Below, one piece after another: positions 36,217 to 47,445 of a DNA stretch of 64,000 nucleotides. Location of the stretch: positions 434,001 through 498,000 of the forward strand of contig NW_027191458.1 of NCBI RefSeq assembly GCF_011745625.1, given 5' to 3'. Both the position numbers and the translations under genes were made by a program. This stretch comes from Cladosporium halotolerans. Taxonomy: Eukaryota. Within the stretch, counting starts at the first letter, position 1, and each line of letters opens with the position of its first letter. Below the pieces are notes generated by a model. That model had not been told where the DNA came from. It did no database searches and saw only the letters and a list, made by a program, of their open reading frames with translations.

Positions 36217-36495
36217 GTGATGTTGCTATTGAGAATGGTCGTGATGTATTTCTCTTGTAACTGAACCAAAGGTCTGTTGATTAGCAGTGGAATTATTTGA
36301 TTTATATATGCATTGCTGCACGCAACGAGTGGTTCGATGAAAGCAGGTCCTGTGAGGTCGAACCGCCCAATCAATGACTGGACGGAGGGCTCCGAGCTTG
36401 ACTTCCGGCCCGCGACTTCACATGTCATTCTCGACCGGGCTCTTTCAAGCTTCAGTAACCACAATTCGAGATGTTACAATTATAGCCTCGCCAGC

Positions 36496-37179
36496 ATGGC
36501 TACGCAGCCGAAAGAACACATTGCAGAGTCGCTGCTTCAGCGAGCGCACTCACCCGAGACTGCCGATACGATCTTCCGTGAGCGCGTGAAGCAACGACCT
36601 CTACTCCTCCGCCCGACTTCTCCAGACCCGGCGCAAAATGCGCGAGCGAAGCGCCAGTACGAGCGCATGAAGAAGCAAAGAGCACAGCAGAAGTCGAAGA
36701 AAGCGAAACCTCTCTCCGCAAAGCAAAAGCGGGCTTTGAACGTCTACGAGATCCCGAAAGAGCAGCAGAAATATGCGATCTACGAGCCGCTGCACAAGAT
36801 GTGGTGTGGGTACATGCGCGAGGTTCTGGGTCTGGCGGACGGTAAGCGAACGCATGTGGATGCGCAAGATGCCGGCCCGTTCCTTGCCTCTGCCGACTAT
36901 CATGGTGCCTTAATGGAGGTTGTGCGAAGCAGATGTTCGAGCAGGGTGGGGTTGATGGGGATCGTGGTCAAGGATACGAAATTTACGTTTGAGCTCGTGA
37001 CGAAAGAGAACGTGGTCAAAACATGTCCGAAAGAGCATACTGTGTTCCGGTTTCAGGTGCCACTGGAGGACGAGGCGAAGAGACCGCTTGAGTTCGAGAT
37101 TTTAGGGAGCATGTTTGAGCAGAGGGCGCCCGACCGAGCGAACAAGAAGTTCAGGTTGCATCTTGTGGGAGACTTATGA
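36496..37179 (+). CDS. POP4: RNase P/MRP subunit Pop4/Rpp29
   Basis: YEPLHKMWCGYM, ASADYHGALMEVVRSRC, GIVVKDTKFTF, PKEHTVFRF and RAPDRANKKF. Confidence 0.92.
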   Translation: MATQPKEHIAESLLQRAHSPETADTIFRERVKQRPLLLRPTSPDPAQNARAKRQYERMKKQRAQQKSKKAKPLSAKQKRALNVYEIPKEQQKYAIYEPLHKMWCGYMREVLGLADGKRTHVDAQDAGPFLASADYHGALMEVVRSRCSSRVGLMGIVVKDTKFTFELVTKENVVKTCPKEHTVFRFQVPLEDEAKRPLEFEILGSMFEQRAPDRANKKFRLHLVGDL

Positions 37180-37798
37180 TAGGATCTATTTACGGATTCA
37201 ACCCGCGACGAGACTTAGGATGCATAATCGAATGGAAAGGTGACCGCCGCCAATGGTGCAACCCTGACTGTTTACAGCAAGGCAGCTGCCCGCCTTCGAT
37301 TTATGCCGAGTGCTCCGAGGGGAGAATCGGCTCATCTACCGCTGATTGGGAAGTCTCTGGCATTCTACTTGTCCGAGGCTTTCCGCCCAAAATCAAATTG
37401 GCACAATTCATAGGCGATGGCAACGCCTTATCTTGTGCGAAGAGGCATCTTCGACACCTACATGTTGCGACACCTACATGTTGATCTCGGAATCTGGCAG
37501 GAGAAATGCTGCCGCCACTTCCCATCGAACCATCCAGAGATCAGATCGATCCGGAGAACCTGCTAGCTGGCACGCCACAAGCTTCCGGACAAACGGTGGA
37601 AGTGAACGCGATTATCCGGGGAGCAAACGTGGGGCTCCGCTCTGCTTTGGGTAGGATGGAGCGGTCATGCCTGCCTCTACTGATGACCTGGCGCGTCAAC
37701 TATAAGAGCGAAAATCCGTCTTCGTGACACAACAACACAACACTCACAACACTCACGACACCCACAACATACGACAACCCTCCTCATCATCGTCGCAA

Positions 37799-37852
37799 AT
37801 GGTAACACCTCAGAACCAGCGCAACCTCATTGGCTACTTCTATGCGGCGTGA
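37799..37852 (+). CDS. Candidate 17-aa micro-ORF MVTPQNQRNLIGYFYAA
   Basis: TATAAG at 37701, CA-rich leader 37727-37798 and strong start context GCAAATGG, in an otherwise gene-free 1.4-kb gap. Confidence 0.35.
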   Translation: MVTPQNQRNLIGYFYAA

Positions 37853-38571
37853 TGGTGAAATCTGGACGCTCAGGCGACAGCTTAGGTCCGATCGCAGCAC
37901 CCTTGGACCCTCTGTTCGCTGTTGGATGGCCTGTCCTTGGACTACTGATTGTTCGGGTGTGTGGGAAGAAGTGAAATGGTTTTTGCACGAAAGACAGTAT
38001 TTGTTGCACGAAAGTGAGCGAATGTTTGTACGAAAAGGATTGCATAGTACGGGATTGGTGGGGAACAATGATCGTCAGCCTTCAGATGCTTGGTTTTCGA
38101 TAGCCATAGCCCACAATCACACTGAGTTGACTGGTCCTCGCTATTCATGACCATCGTTGAGCTGCTAGCCGTCTCAACCGCCCGCGCCATTGTGCTCGCG
38201 CGAACGTCGAACACCATCGACCGCGTTGTGTATTTCAAAGAGCAAACGCAGCCAGCCTACTCGCACAGTGCTGAAGGCTACATCCTGCAACACCAGAGAC
38301 CGTCATACCTACCCCCGTCACCTTCACATGCCACTTAACTCGTCACATGCTATGCGGCTGGCACGCGCGATATCGCAAGCCTTACTTATAACTTCATTTG
38401 CCGCCAGGAGACTTGCAACCAACATCAACCTCCTCGACCACGTCTCTCGACACGATCATCACGTATCTCAACTAACGTTGGCATTGAAGACGACTACTTT
38501 AAATTATTATTCATTCATCTTACTAATTATCTGCAGCACACCAACTGGCAGACTCCCCGACTCCAGCGACG

Positions 38572-40659
38572 ATGGGTTCGTTTGTAGACCGGCTGGCAGA
38601 CTTGAAGGATGAAGCACACACAGACAACGCTACCACCAGCGTTGGTGCAATGAAGAACGGAGCAGAGGACAGTGCTGATCCGACCATTCTTGCTGAACCC
38701 GGATTCAAAGATCATGAAAACGATCATGGCCACAAAGGTACTCGCCACCAGTACGAAGAAGTCCTTCATCACTATGACAACCATCAATATGACCAAGATC
38801 ATATCAACGAACTAGGAAAGCCGCAAGCTGCTCCCTGTTCCTCAATGCCCGTCGATCCCAGACCCAAGGACGAACTCAATATGTCAGCAAATTGCCAAAT
38901 ATCGGGAGCATACACCAAACGCGCGGGTTCTGCGCCTCCAGCGATCGATCTCGAGTCTCAGGAGCCCAAGCTAGTCATTGAGAGATTTCGAACCGCTCAA
39001 GCTGTTACTTCACCAGCGCTCAAAGCCAAACGCCATACCTCGAACTCGACGCCTCAACCCGAGAACACCGGCTCAGCACCTGAAAAGGCACCTGAAGACA
39101 TTGCTGCTGTTACTCCTGCTCCAGCAAATGCCGTCGAGGAGGATAGCGACGAGCCGACCATCCTCTCGGTCAAAAAAGTAACTCCAGAGCTCAAGCGCAA
39201 GGCGTCGAACGCAAGCAGCTCGGGACCGATGCAAAAGCGTTCGAAACAGGCCAAGGAGGCAGAGATGGATGATGAAGAGGCGAGCCCAGTTCCCAAGCGT
39301 AAGATATCAATTAATAGCAATGCAGCCTCGACAGAGAAGGCTTCGAGTCGTGGTAAGACAGCGGACACAGGAGATGAGCCGGAAACACCATGCCCCAAGC
39401 GTCCAACTGCAAAGCAAAGCACTGCGATCAATAAGACCGCAAAGATTACTGGAAGGAAGAGAGCAAGCACGTTCAAAAGGTCTGACGAAGACAAGGAGGA
39501 GTCTGAGCAGAGTGAGAACGAAGATGCTATCGATGACGAAGATGCTGAACATGCCAGCGAAGACGAAGACGACGAAGAACAAAATCTTCAAGTGGTCAGA
39601 GATCTTGCAAGAGCCAACAAAGACTTCGGAAAGGCTTGCAAAATTTGCAAGATCAATGCAAACAAGGTATTGAAGGCCAAGCATGACGCAGAGGTCTCGC
39701 AGCTGAAGAAGCAGAGAAGGGACGAGCTACGACAGGCGAAAGCTGAAGCGGACCGAGTCCTGAAAGCAGCCAAGTTGAAAGCTGAGAGGACTAAAAGTGC
39801 GCTGCAACAGAAGTACGAAGTTCAGTCTCAGGAGCTCAAGGACCAGCGCGATACCAAGATCGCGAAGTTAAAAGAGAGTTACAAGGAAGCCATCGAGGAT
39901 TCTGATGAGAAATACGGAGATATGAAGGGCAAGCTCGAGACGAAGATCAGAAAGCTCACGAAAGAGCGCGACGATGCTGAGACAAAGCGTAAAGACATTG
40001 AAAAGACGACGAGCAAGGAGCTCAGAGACATGACGAGTGACCAGAAGGCGGCGGAGCTGAAATTGAAGGAGGAGCGCAAACAAATTGTGCGTGACTGTCT
40101 TGAGCAGGTCAACGAGCTCAAGCCAGAGCACTCTTCCGCTCTCAAAGCGAAGCAAAAGAACATCGACGAGTTGGCACAGAAAATCATCCGCCTCGAAGCT
40201 GAGTTAAAACAAGCTGGTACGGATCTGCGTGAAGTGAGCGCCGATGGACACGCCGACAAAGTCCGTCTCGAAACGTCGAAAGCCGAGGCCGAGAAATGGC
40301 GTGAGCAAGTAGAAGTTGTGGAAGATAATCTCAGGGAGTTCGAGGCGTACGTCACGCACGTCGAAGGACGTTGTAAGAGCAACATTGCTCGCGCTCAGGG
40401 AGACTGCGACCAGCAGGTTGGCATCGCGAGAGCCAACCTACAAGAAGCCAACAATCGCCTTACAGAGCAGCAGCGACGTAACAGGAACCTCAATGAAACC
40501 CTCATAGCGCAGACGCAGTTGGGCAGGGAGAAAGATGCGAAGATACAGGCCCTCGAGTCGGAATTGGCGAGGACAAGGGCGGAGATCGGAATTGTGGGGG
40601 ACATGGAGGATCTTCCTGACCCTCAGAATCTGACTGTACGCTCTTTAAATACTTCTTAG
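38572..40659 (+). CDS. Hypothetical coiled-coil protein
   Basis: 695-aa ORF with a disordered, NLS-like Lys/Arg-rich N-half and a long K/E/Q heptad-rich C-half. Confidence 0.75.
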   Translation: MGSFVDRLADLKDEAHTDNATTSVGAMKNGAEDSADPTILAEPGFKDHENDHGHKGTRHQYEEVLHHYDNHQYDQDHINELGKPQAAPCSSMPVDPRPKDELNMSANCQISGAYTKRAGSAPPAIDLESQEPKLVIERFRTAQAVTSPALKAKRHTSNSTPQPENTGSAPEKAPEDIAAVTPAPANAVEEDSDEPTILSVKKVTPELKRKASNASSSGPMQKRSKQAKEAEMDDEEASPVPKRKISINSNAASTEKASSRGKTADTGDEPETPCPKRPTAKQSTAINKTAKITGRKRASTFKRSDEDKEESEQSENEDAIDDEDAEHASEDEDDEEQNLQVVRDLARANKDFGKACKICKINANKVLKAKHDAEVSQLKKQRRDELRQAKAEADRVLKAAKLKAERTKSALQQKYEVQSQELKDQRDTKIAKLKESYKEAIEDSDEKYGDMKGKLETKIRKLTKERDDAETKRKDIEKTTSKELRDMTSDQKAAELKLKEERKQIVRDCLEQVNELKPEHSSALKAKQKNIDELAQKIIRLEAELKQAGTDLREVSADGHADKVRLETSKAEAEKWREQVEVVEDNLREFEAYVTHVEGRCKSNIARAQGDCDQQVGIARANLQEANNRLTEQQRRNRNLNETLIAQTQLGREKDAKIQALESELARTRAEIGIVGDMEDLPDPQNLTVRSLNTS

Positions 40660-40856
40660 CGGCGAGTAGAGTTGATAGAGAGCGATGTCGTGGTTTGCTG
40701 CTTGCCTTTGGGTCGCAGGCTGGAAAGGAACAGCACAGGCCAGACGGTAGCGCTTTCGAGTACGATTTGTCTCTCTCAGTGGACAGTCCGATACCGATAG
40801 AACAAGTTGTGCTGTACATGGGCAATTGTATATACCAGTAGGCTATTTTCTCCTCA

Positions 40857-42212
40857 TCAAAACAATCTATCCCACTGAATATCACCAAGGTCCTCTTCGA
40901 TCGGGGCCATCTCCTTCTGTAGTCTTGCTGCCACTTTATCCGCGTCATGCCAGACTCGCAATAAGTTTCTGCCGACAATCTTTGCAGCGTCTTCGGCATT
41001 CACCCCAGCTTCCAAAAGTGCAGTGACCAAATTCGGGAACTTGGACACATCCTCCAGACCTCTGGGGGTATCCTCAATTCCATCGTAGTCAGTCCCGATA
41101 CCAACATGATCGTATCCGATCAGCTCTCCAATGTGCAAAATATGCTTGACGACCTGTTCAAGCGTACTGTCCTCCTCAACATACTCCGGAATGCCACTCT
41201 CCGCTCCGTTGTCCTTGCAACTGATGAAATCTGGCGAGAAGTTCACCATCACCAGCCCGTTGCGCTTTTTGACCAACTGCAGAATATCGTCGGGCACGTT
41301 GCGAGGGTGCGGGCAGATAGCTTTCGCGCTCGAGTGACTGAAGATCGGTGGCGCGATGCTGCCTTTCCAGCCTTTCTCGGGACTACCACCGAGTACGTCG
41401 CGCATGGTGTCGACACTGACGTGGCTGAGATCAACAAGCATGCCCAAGCGGTTCATTTCGAGGATCAGCTGCTGGCCGGCCTTGCTCACGCCGCCGTGGT
41501 AGGGTTTGGATGCGACAGAGTGGCCGTCAATGGAGACGACGGCAGCATCGGCATATTTGTTATGGCAGTTCCAGGTCAGAGTGGAATAGCGGACACCCAA
41601 GGAGTGGTAGAGGCGTAAAGTAGCCAGCGAATTGCCGATCTGGTGGAGGCCTTCGATCGCCAGTGGTGAGATGAGCTTGCCATGTGCGAAAGCGCTTTCG
41701 GCTTCCTTCGCGCTCCTCGCCAGGGTGAAGTACTTCGGGTACTTCTCGGACAGGCGCTGGAAGAGATCAATCTGCTCCAGCGTCGTCTTGACAGGGGCGG
41801 CGTAGTTCTTGTCCGAGAAGTCGAAGCCATCTGCCGGACACGGTACGAAAGCGCTCCAGAAAGCGCCTCCCTGCTTCCCGTGCTTGAGACGCGGCACATC
41901 AACATGGCCAGCTAGTCCGCCCTCCTCGAAACGCTGCGTGAAGTTCTTTCCATTGATCTTGTCGTCGTAGAAAGCCCGTATCAAGATGAGCAGGTCATTG
42001 TGGCCGTCGATCAGTGGATTCTCTTCTAGGATTGTCTTGGCCTGAGAAGAAAGCGATGGCACAGACCCAGGGATTCCGTAGAAGTAAGAGCCATAGGTGA
42101 TTGCCGCAGCGAATATCAGAAGCAGGCCGAGCAGAGACGAAACATTCTTCTTATGGCTTCCGGCTTGTCTATCCATAGGTCGCACCCATTCGGCGCTGTC
42201 TTTTTCTCCCAT
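40857..42212 (-). CDS. Membrane dipeptidase (peptidase M19, renal dipeptidase family)
   Basis: N-terminal TM segment, LIDGHNDL, IEGLH, TLTWNCHN, DLSHVS, IFSHS, HPRNVPDD and HVGIGTDYDG. Confidence 0.93.
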   Translation of the reverse strand: MGEKDSAEWVRPMDRQAGSHKKNVSSLLGLLLIFAAAITYGSYFYGIPGSVPSLSSQAKTILEENPLIDGHNDLLILIRAFYDDKINGKNFTQRFEEGGLAGHVDVPRLKHGKQGGAFWSAFVPCPADGFDFSDKNYAAPVKTTLEQIDLFQRLSEKYPKYFTLARSAKEAESAFAHGKLISPLAIEGLHQIGNSLATLRLYHSLGVRYSTLTWNCHNKYADAAVVSIDGHSVASKPYHGGVSKAGQQLILEMNRLGMLVDLSHVSVDTMRDVLGGSPEKGWKGSIAPPIFSHSSAKAICPHPRNVPDDILQLVKKRNGLVMVNFSPDFISCKDNGAESGIPEYVEEDSTLEQVVKHILHIGELIGYDHVGIGTDYDGIEDTPRGLEDVSKFPNLVTALLEAGVNAEDAAKIVGRNLLRVWHDADKVAARLQKEMAPIEEDLGDIQWDRLF

Positions 42213-42505
42213 GATGCTGTGCGTATGTATATGTATACTTTAATCCAGTGACCTTCTGATGAGATCCTCAATACTCACATGATGCTTTGGAAGAGTATTT
42301 TCCTGCCTGTCAAGAGTGCATTGGCTTATCAAGCACGCGAGATGGAAGATCCGATGTGGTCACCGCAAACGCCGAGGCCGACCAGCTGCCACCTTCCCAG
42401 ACACCAGAGCAGCAATGCGTTTGGCCTCAGGGTCCACTGGCTAGAAAGTCCAACGACCAACCAACACACTCCTAAATAGAAACCACCCTTACCTCACAAG
42501 ACAAA

Positions 42506-43141
42506 ATGGGCGCCGTATCACCCTACACGATCATTCGTTCCATCTCTCTTTTCCACCTGACTGCTGCGTGGTTCTTCCTCGCCAATCCGCGCAAGATCGT
42601 CGATCAGAATGCCGTCTTCATGCTCGGCGAGTCGATGCGCCTGGTAAGCAAAGTACTACCAAGCTTTAAGGCAAAAGGCATATTGATCTAACAATGTGTG
42701 TGATGATACAGCCGCATATAACTACCATGGACAAATCCAGCGAAGCCAGCGCCTTCATCGCTGTCCTGCTGGCTTTCTTCGGGCTGTCCGACCTTACCGC
42801 CGCGTCCCTCGACGACTTGCCCGCCCTCGAGTACTGGCTCGCCAATGTGCCCGTCCGTCTCGCAGTGCTGTTCGCCATAACCGCTTATTCATATCTGTTC
42901 AAAGAGGATGGGATGCTTGGAGAGACGCAGGGAGCGGGCCGCTTCTTGTGCAACAGCTTCGTCTTCTCCTGGGGTTTCATGGAGCTTATGATTTGGTTCT
43001 GGGTGAGTACAATATGCGGTGATATGGGTGAGGATGTCAGCTGATCAGCTGGAACAGATTTTCGTCTCGCTGAAGGAAGAGAGGAGGGTTGTGGCTCAGA
43101 AGATCATTGACGCACGAAAGGCGGAGGAGGACACTTTGTAA
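42506..43141 (+). CDS. ILM1: Ilm1-family membrane protein (increased loss of mitochondrial DNA)
   Basis: Exons 42506-42643, 42712-43002 and 43058-43141. Motifs TIIRSISLFHLT, MLGESMRLP, YWLANVPVRL and NSFVFSWGFMELMIWFWIFVSLKEE. Confidence 0.8.
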
Positions 43142-43472
43142 GATTGCCTTGATCAAGCGTAGGCGCCCAGGAGTTGAACGGGATACCCGGAGTGCTTTGG
43201 CGGTCATGTTTGCACAGTGCAGGAGTCATGAGACCGGAAGAAAGAAAGCTACAGGCACACAGCTCCAACCCAGTTGCGCCGAAGCGCTATCAACATTATG
43301 CCCGGCGAACGGTACCACAGTTGTCATTTCGTTGAGGTGCACCCTCAAGTTGACGGTATGAATGTTTTACTCTGGACCATCCTTGGTGTCTGGAGATGCA
43401 ATGCCTGCGTTTCTATCGTCTATATTATATCTATCTGCCTGTCGCAACAGACTTTCAGAACCAACGACCACT

Positions 43473-44372
43473 CTACCACTCAGGCCGATCATTCTCCTCC
43501 CAAGGCCCAGGAACCGCCTTGCCCTCCTTCATCCTAATCGTCATGAACCTCCTGCTCGGATCCCTGTTCGTCAGCCACTCCGCCGCAACCCTGCCCGTTT
43601 GCCTCCTCATATCCTTCGTCGCATGATCGTGCACCATATCCATCATGTGCGCCGCACCATGTACAATACAAACCCAACTCCTCGCCTTCATCCTCTTCCG
43701 TACCTCCTCAAACTGCCTGCACGGATTCATCGGATCCTTCGACCCCAGAATAAACAGCACGTCCAAATGCTCCGGCAAATCCAGCATAATCTGCGACCTC
43801 TCCTCGCCATTGTTCAGCAGCGGATAGCTGACGAGCACAACCGCCTTCGTCTCCGGATGGCTCGTGGCGACCGTCGCCGCCGTGCGCGAGCCCATGCTGC
43901 GGCCGCCGAGGTAGGTGGCGTAGCGCTCGTGGTCGGCGACGGCGCGGTAGCAGGCGACGCGGTGCTCGAGGTTGGACTGCGCCTCGTGCACGACGATGGG
44001 CGCGAGCTCGGCGAAGCCGTTGGCGAAGCCCTGCGTGGCGTCGTCGTGCAGGCCGCCGCCGGCGCCGTGCGTCCAGAGCATGAGTGGTTTGCTGTTCGCG
44101 TGGCAGCTTTTGCACTCGGCGGGGATGGTGGTGTTGTTGAAGGGAACGGAGAAGGGGCCGTTTACGTTTTGCTGGTCGCGTTGAGGTTGTTGGCCGTAGC
44201 CTTGGTTGTAACCGCTGGAGCTGTTGTCGTAGCCTCCATTATTGTGAGGTCCGTTGTTGGTAGAGCCAGATCCATAGGCGCCCTGTTGTTGCTGTCTCTC
44301 GTCATCTTCGTGAAGAAGCTTGTCCTTCACGGCATCGAAGCCCTTCTCCAATTTGTCGAGGAACCCAGGCAT
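43473..44372 (-). CDS. Alpha/beta hydrolase (KANSL3/TEX30-like) with Q/N/G/Y-rich N-terminus
   Basis: THGAGG, nucleophile elbow GGRSMG, SYPL, LFILGSKD and GAAH. Confidence 0.85.
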   Translation of the reverse strand: MPGFLDKLEKGFDAVKDKLLHEDDERQQQQGAYGSGSTNNGPHNNGGYDNSSSGYNQGYGQQPQRDQQNVNGPFSVPFNNTTIPAECKSCHANSKPLMLWTHGAGGGLHDDATQGFANGFAELAPIVVHEAQSNLEHRVACYRAVADHERYATYLGGRSMGSRTAATVATSHPETKAVVLVSYPLLNNGEERSQIMLDLPEHLDVLFILGSKDPMNPCRQFEEVRKRMKARSWVCIVHGAAHMMDMVHDHATKDMRRQTGRVAAEWLTNRDPSRRFMTIRMKEGKAVPGPWEENDRPEW

Positions 44373-45496
44373 CTTGGCTAGACTGGCGCAAAAGCTTCAC
44401 CTTGTTACGTTTATCAAGTATTTACCCATTGAACACAATCTCACTCCGCTAGATTTATACTTCAGTCGCTGGCAACCAAGCTCTGACGTCGTGGGACAGA
44501 GTTCCCGAGTTTCTGCCATTGATCAACAGAGGACCAGCCCTATCGGCCGAGCCGCGCACGCCTTCGCTGATGCGGTCCCACTTCGAATCCACATGGATGG
44601 GTTGGGAGGTGCGGTGCAGATACTGCGAAATCTGCCATGAGAGCGTCCGAGGTTGAGAAGGCGGCTCAGGTCGAGCAGAGAGTAGTATACAGTTCAGCCC
44701 TGCGCCAGGGCTATCGTGGAACGGTAAGGGGCTGGACTGAAGAGGGACACGGCCAGCCACAGTCAAGGGTCAGGTCTTGCTGCGGGAGAACACGGTGGGG
44801 CAGTATCCACTGCTGCGAACACCTTGGTGAGAGGCTCTGCGTACCGTCAATCCGTCTTGGCAGCTTTTGTTGACTCTGTCGTGACACCTTGATAGGGCGG
44901 ATACACAGCATCAGGATCGCAGATAGTGCGTGCGTACAAATCAAAGTACCTTATTATGCTTTACTCCGAGGGTTGTCTTCGACATATTCGCGGAGCCGAA
45001 GCAGATCTGCAGGCCCGCCGTGCACAGACGCGCGTATTCACGGCTTTATAGTCCATGGAGCATAGTGGCAATGGAGCTGGTCACTGATGAGAAGGTGTCG
45101 AAAAAGAAGATGGTTTAAGGTGCAGAAGACACAGAGCTAGCGTGTGAGCATCTCTGCACTGTAGTGCCACTGCCGTAACTTGCAGGACCACCAAAAATAG
45201 GCCATACCATTGAGATACAGGCTAGTGATCGTAGAAATGTGTGATCCACGCAGTGATACAAAAACGCAAATAACTAGGCGGTGCGGTGGTGCTGTCATTC
45301 TCGTGGATCTTACAAATGGGAGCCACCATCGAGAAGCATTATTTCCGTATGCCGACGCTCGCATACCGTGCTGCCGTAGATGCCTTCCGTGGTTCAATTG
45401 ACTCCTCCCTGCCTGGTAAAATGCTGCATAGACACAAATGAAATGTGCTGGTGTCGCCATCCTGGAACAAACCTTGTATACTCTTTCCCATCCTCA

Positions 45497-46273
45497 TCAC
45501 ATCAACAACCTCCACACACCAAGAATAATCGCCGCGGTACCAGTACACACACCCATCAACCACTGCAGCGTGCTGAACTTAACCGCCTCCAACCTCTCCC
45601 TCAGCGCCGCCGTCTCCTGCTCAATCCTCGTCTCCGTCTCCTTGATCTTCAAATCCTGGCTATTCGCCTCCTCGCGAATCCTGCCCTTCTCCAGATTGAG
45701 ATCCAACCGCACGCTCGACTGTGTCCGCTGCACCTCATCCCTGAGCTTCGAGTTGAGCTTCGCAAGGTCATTCGTCAGCCTCTCGTGCGACGCGCGCGTG
45801 AGGCTCGACTCGTTGCTGTCAGCGCTCAGCAGCTCAGACCGCAGCTTGGCGAAGTCGACCTTCTGCGTATAGGTCGCCTTCTCCTGGTCCTCGCGCAGCA
45901 CCATCGTGCGGGTGAGGTTTTGGATGGACTCCTCGATCACATCCGAGAGCACCTTCATCATGGCCTCGGACTGCGCTTCGCTGAAGCCCTCGGCCTGCAG
46001 GCGTTGGACGAACTTCAGGGTGTCGAAGTGGTGGTCCTTGGCCAGGGCCGGGGTGGAGGAGAAGGCGCGGGAAGCGGCATTGTGGTGAGGTGTGCGGCGG
46101 GCGGTCCAGCGTTGGCGGGCTATGGCTGAGGTGGCTGTGGTGCGGTTCTGGGGGGTTTGGTGTTTGGCGTAGATGCCATGCTGGGCAAAGGCCGCTGAGG
46201 GGCGGATGGCGCTCGCCGTCCAGGAGAGACGCGGCAGAGCCTCGAGAGCGCGAAAAGCGGAGGGTGCCGCCAT
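45497..46273 (-). CDS. FMP32: Mitochondrial DUF1640/CCDC90 (MCUR1, Fmp32-like) coiled-coil protein
   Basis: Presequence, HHFDTLKFVQRL..EGFS..Q, KVDFAKLRSEL, LDLNLEKGR and a C-terminal TM segment. Confidence 0.88.
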   Translation of the reverse strand: MAAPSAFRALEALPRLSWTASAIRPSAAFAQHGIYAKHQTPQNRTTATSAIARQRWTARRTPHHNAASRAFSSTPALAKDHHFDTLKFVQRLQAEGFSEAQSEAMMKVLSDVIEESIQNLTRTMVLREDQEKATYTQKVDFAKLRSELLSADSNESSLTRASHERLTNDLAKLNSKLRDEVQRTQSSVRLDLNLEKGRIREEANSQDLKIKETETRIEQETAALRERLEAVKFSTLQWLMGVCTGTAAIILGVWRLLM

Positions 46274-46960
46274 GGTGGTTGGTGTCCCGGAGAAAGGATG
46301 CTGCAGGCGGAGAAATGCTTAGTATGCACAGGCGATCGGCGGTAGTGAGTCCGGAGGGGAGCGTGGTGTGCGGTGGGTGTGTGTAGTCACAGCGCAGCAG
46401 CCCGCGATCTGCTATCGCGCGCCGCCGTTAGCCTTGCGCGGGCAGCGGTCGAATCAGCCTCCTCCGGGAGCACCCTATCGCGAGCTACGCCGCCTTCACC
46501 AAACTCAACTCCCGCGCGCGCCCTCAGCGGCCTCTTTGCTCCTACGCCGTCCGACAAGAGCGCAATGGGCGTGATCAGTGCGCGCGCTCGCCAGAGGCCG
46601 CATGACGGGAGCGAAGGCGCTCTCAGCTGCCCGCGAGCCAGCTGGTCCAATCCCACTCGCACACTCGCCGCCCCAGCTCAGATCTGGCGTTCTGGGCATG
46701 ACGTCGTCGTTGCTGGGCGTCCTCAGCCCGCCTTGGAATGCGCGCGACTCCCTCCGGTTGCCATTTGGCGAGCGAAACTCGTAAGGCCTTCTGTTATCTC
46801 TTAGCACCCTCATCACCGTCCCGTCTCGCTGCCTTATCGCACTCATAAGACCAGCAAGCCACCCGCACCCCGGCACGCGCATACCGATCTGGACGCACGA
46901 GCGCATCATCGCCTAACCCCACCATATTACTGAACACCCGTCTGCCACCTTGCGACAGAA

Positions 46961-47445
46961 ATGGCACACCGACACACCGCAGCAGCTCACGACAGCACCG
47001 TTCGCAGCATGTCTCACGGTCGCGGCGGCGCAGGCAACATGGGCAGCGCCCCAAAGGACGATGTCACCACCGACAGCTTGCAAACACCCACCATCAAATC
47101 GCAGAATTACACCACCGGCCGCGGCGGTGCGCATAACTTCCTTCGCTCGCAACGTTGTCGCGCATACTGACTCTTTCAGGTACCGGCAACATCGTCTCGA
47201 ACGACAACGCGGCCAACGCGCGCCTGGCGCAAGACCTCGACGCGCCGCCTTCGCACGCGAAGGACCAGCCCACCACCGGCACTTACCACTGGGGTCGCGG
47301 TGGTGAGGGCAACCAGGTGACTCTAGGCGCGAATGGCGAGAAGAAGAAGGAGCGCTCGACGAGCAGGGGCGAGGCCGAGCACGAGAAGCCGGGCTTCATC
47401 GAGAAGGCCCAGCATGCGCTCGGTATGGGTCACAAGAAGGAGTAG
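46961..47445 (+). CDS. Small GRGG-repeat protein (DUF3602/Par32-like)
   Basis: Three motifs, HGRGGAGN, TGRGGTGN and WGRGGEGN. Intron 47127-47179 joins the two ORFs in frame. Confidence 0.8.

Noticed and set aside
36313..36495. N-terminal extension of POP4 in the ORF track
   Set aside because: It starts at a non-ATG codon in the short PDX3/POP4 divergent promoter. ATG 36496 has good context and fits the family.
44400..45450. Several short ORFs between the hydrolase and the FMP32-like gene
   Set aside because: No codon bias, motifs or consistent exon chain.
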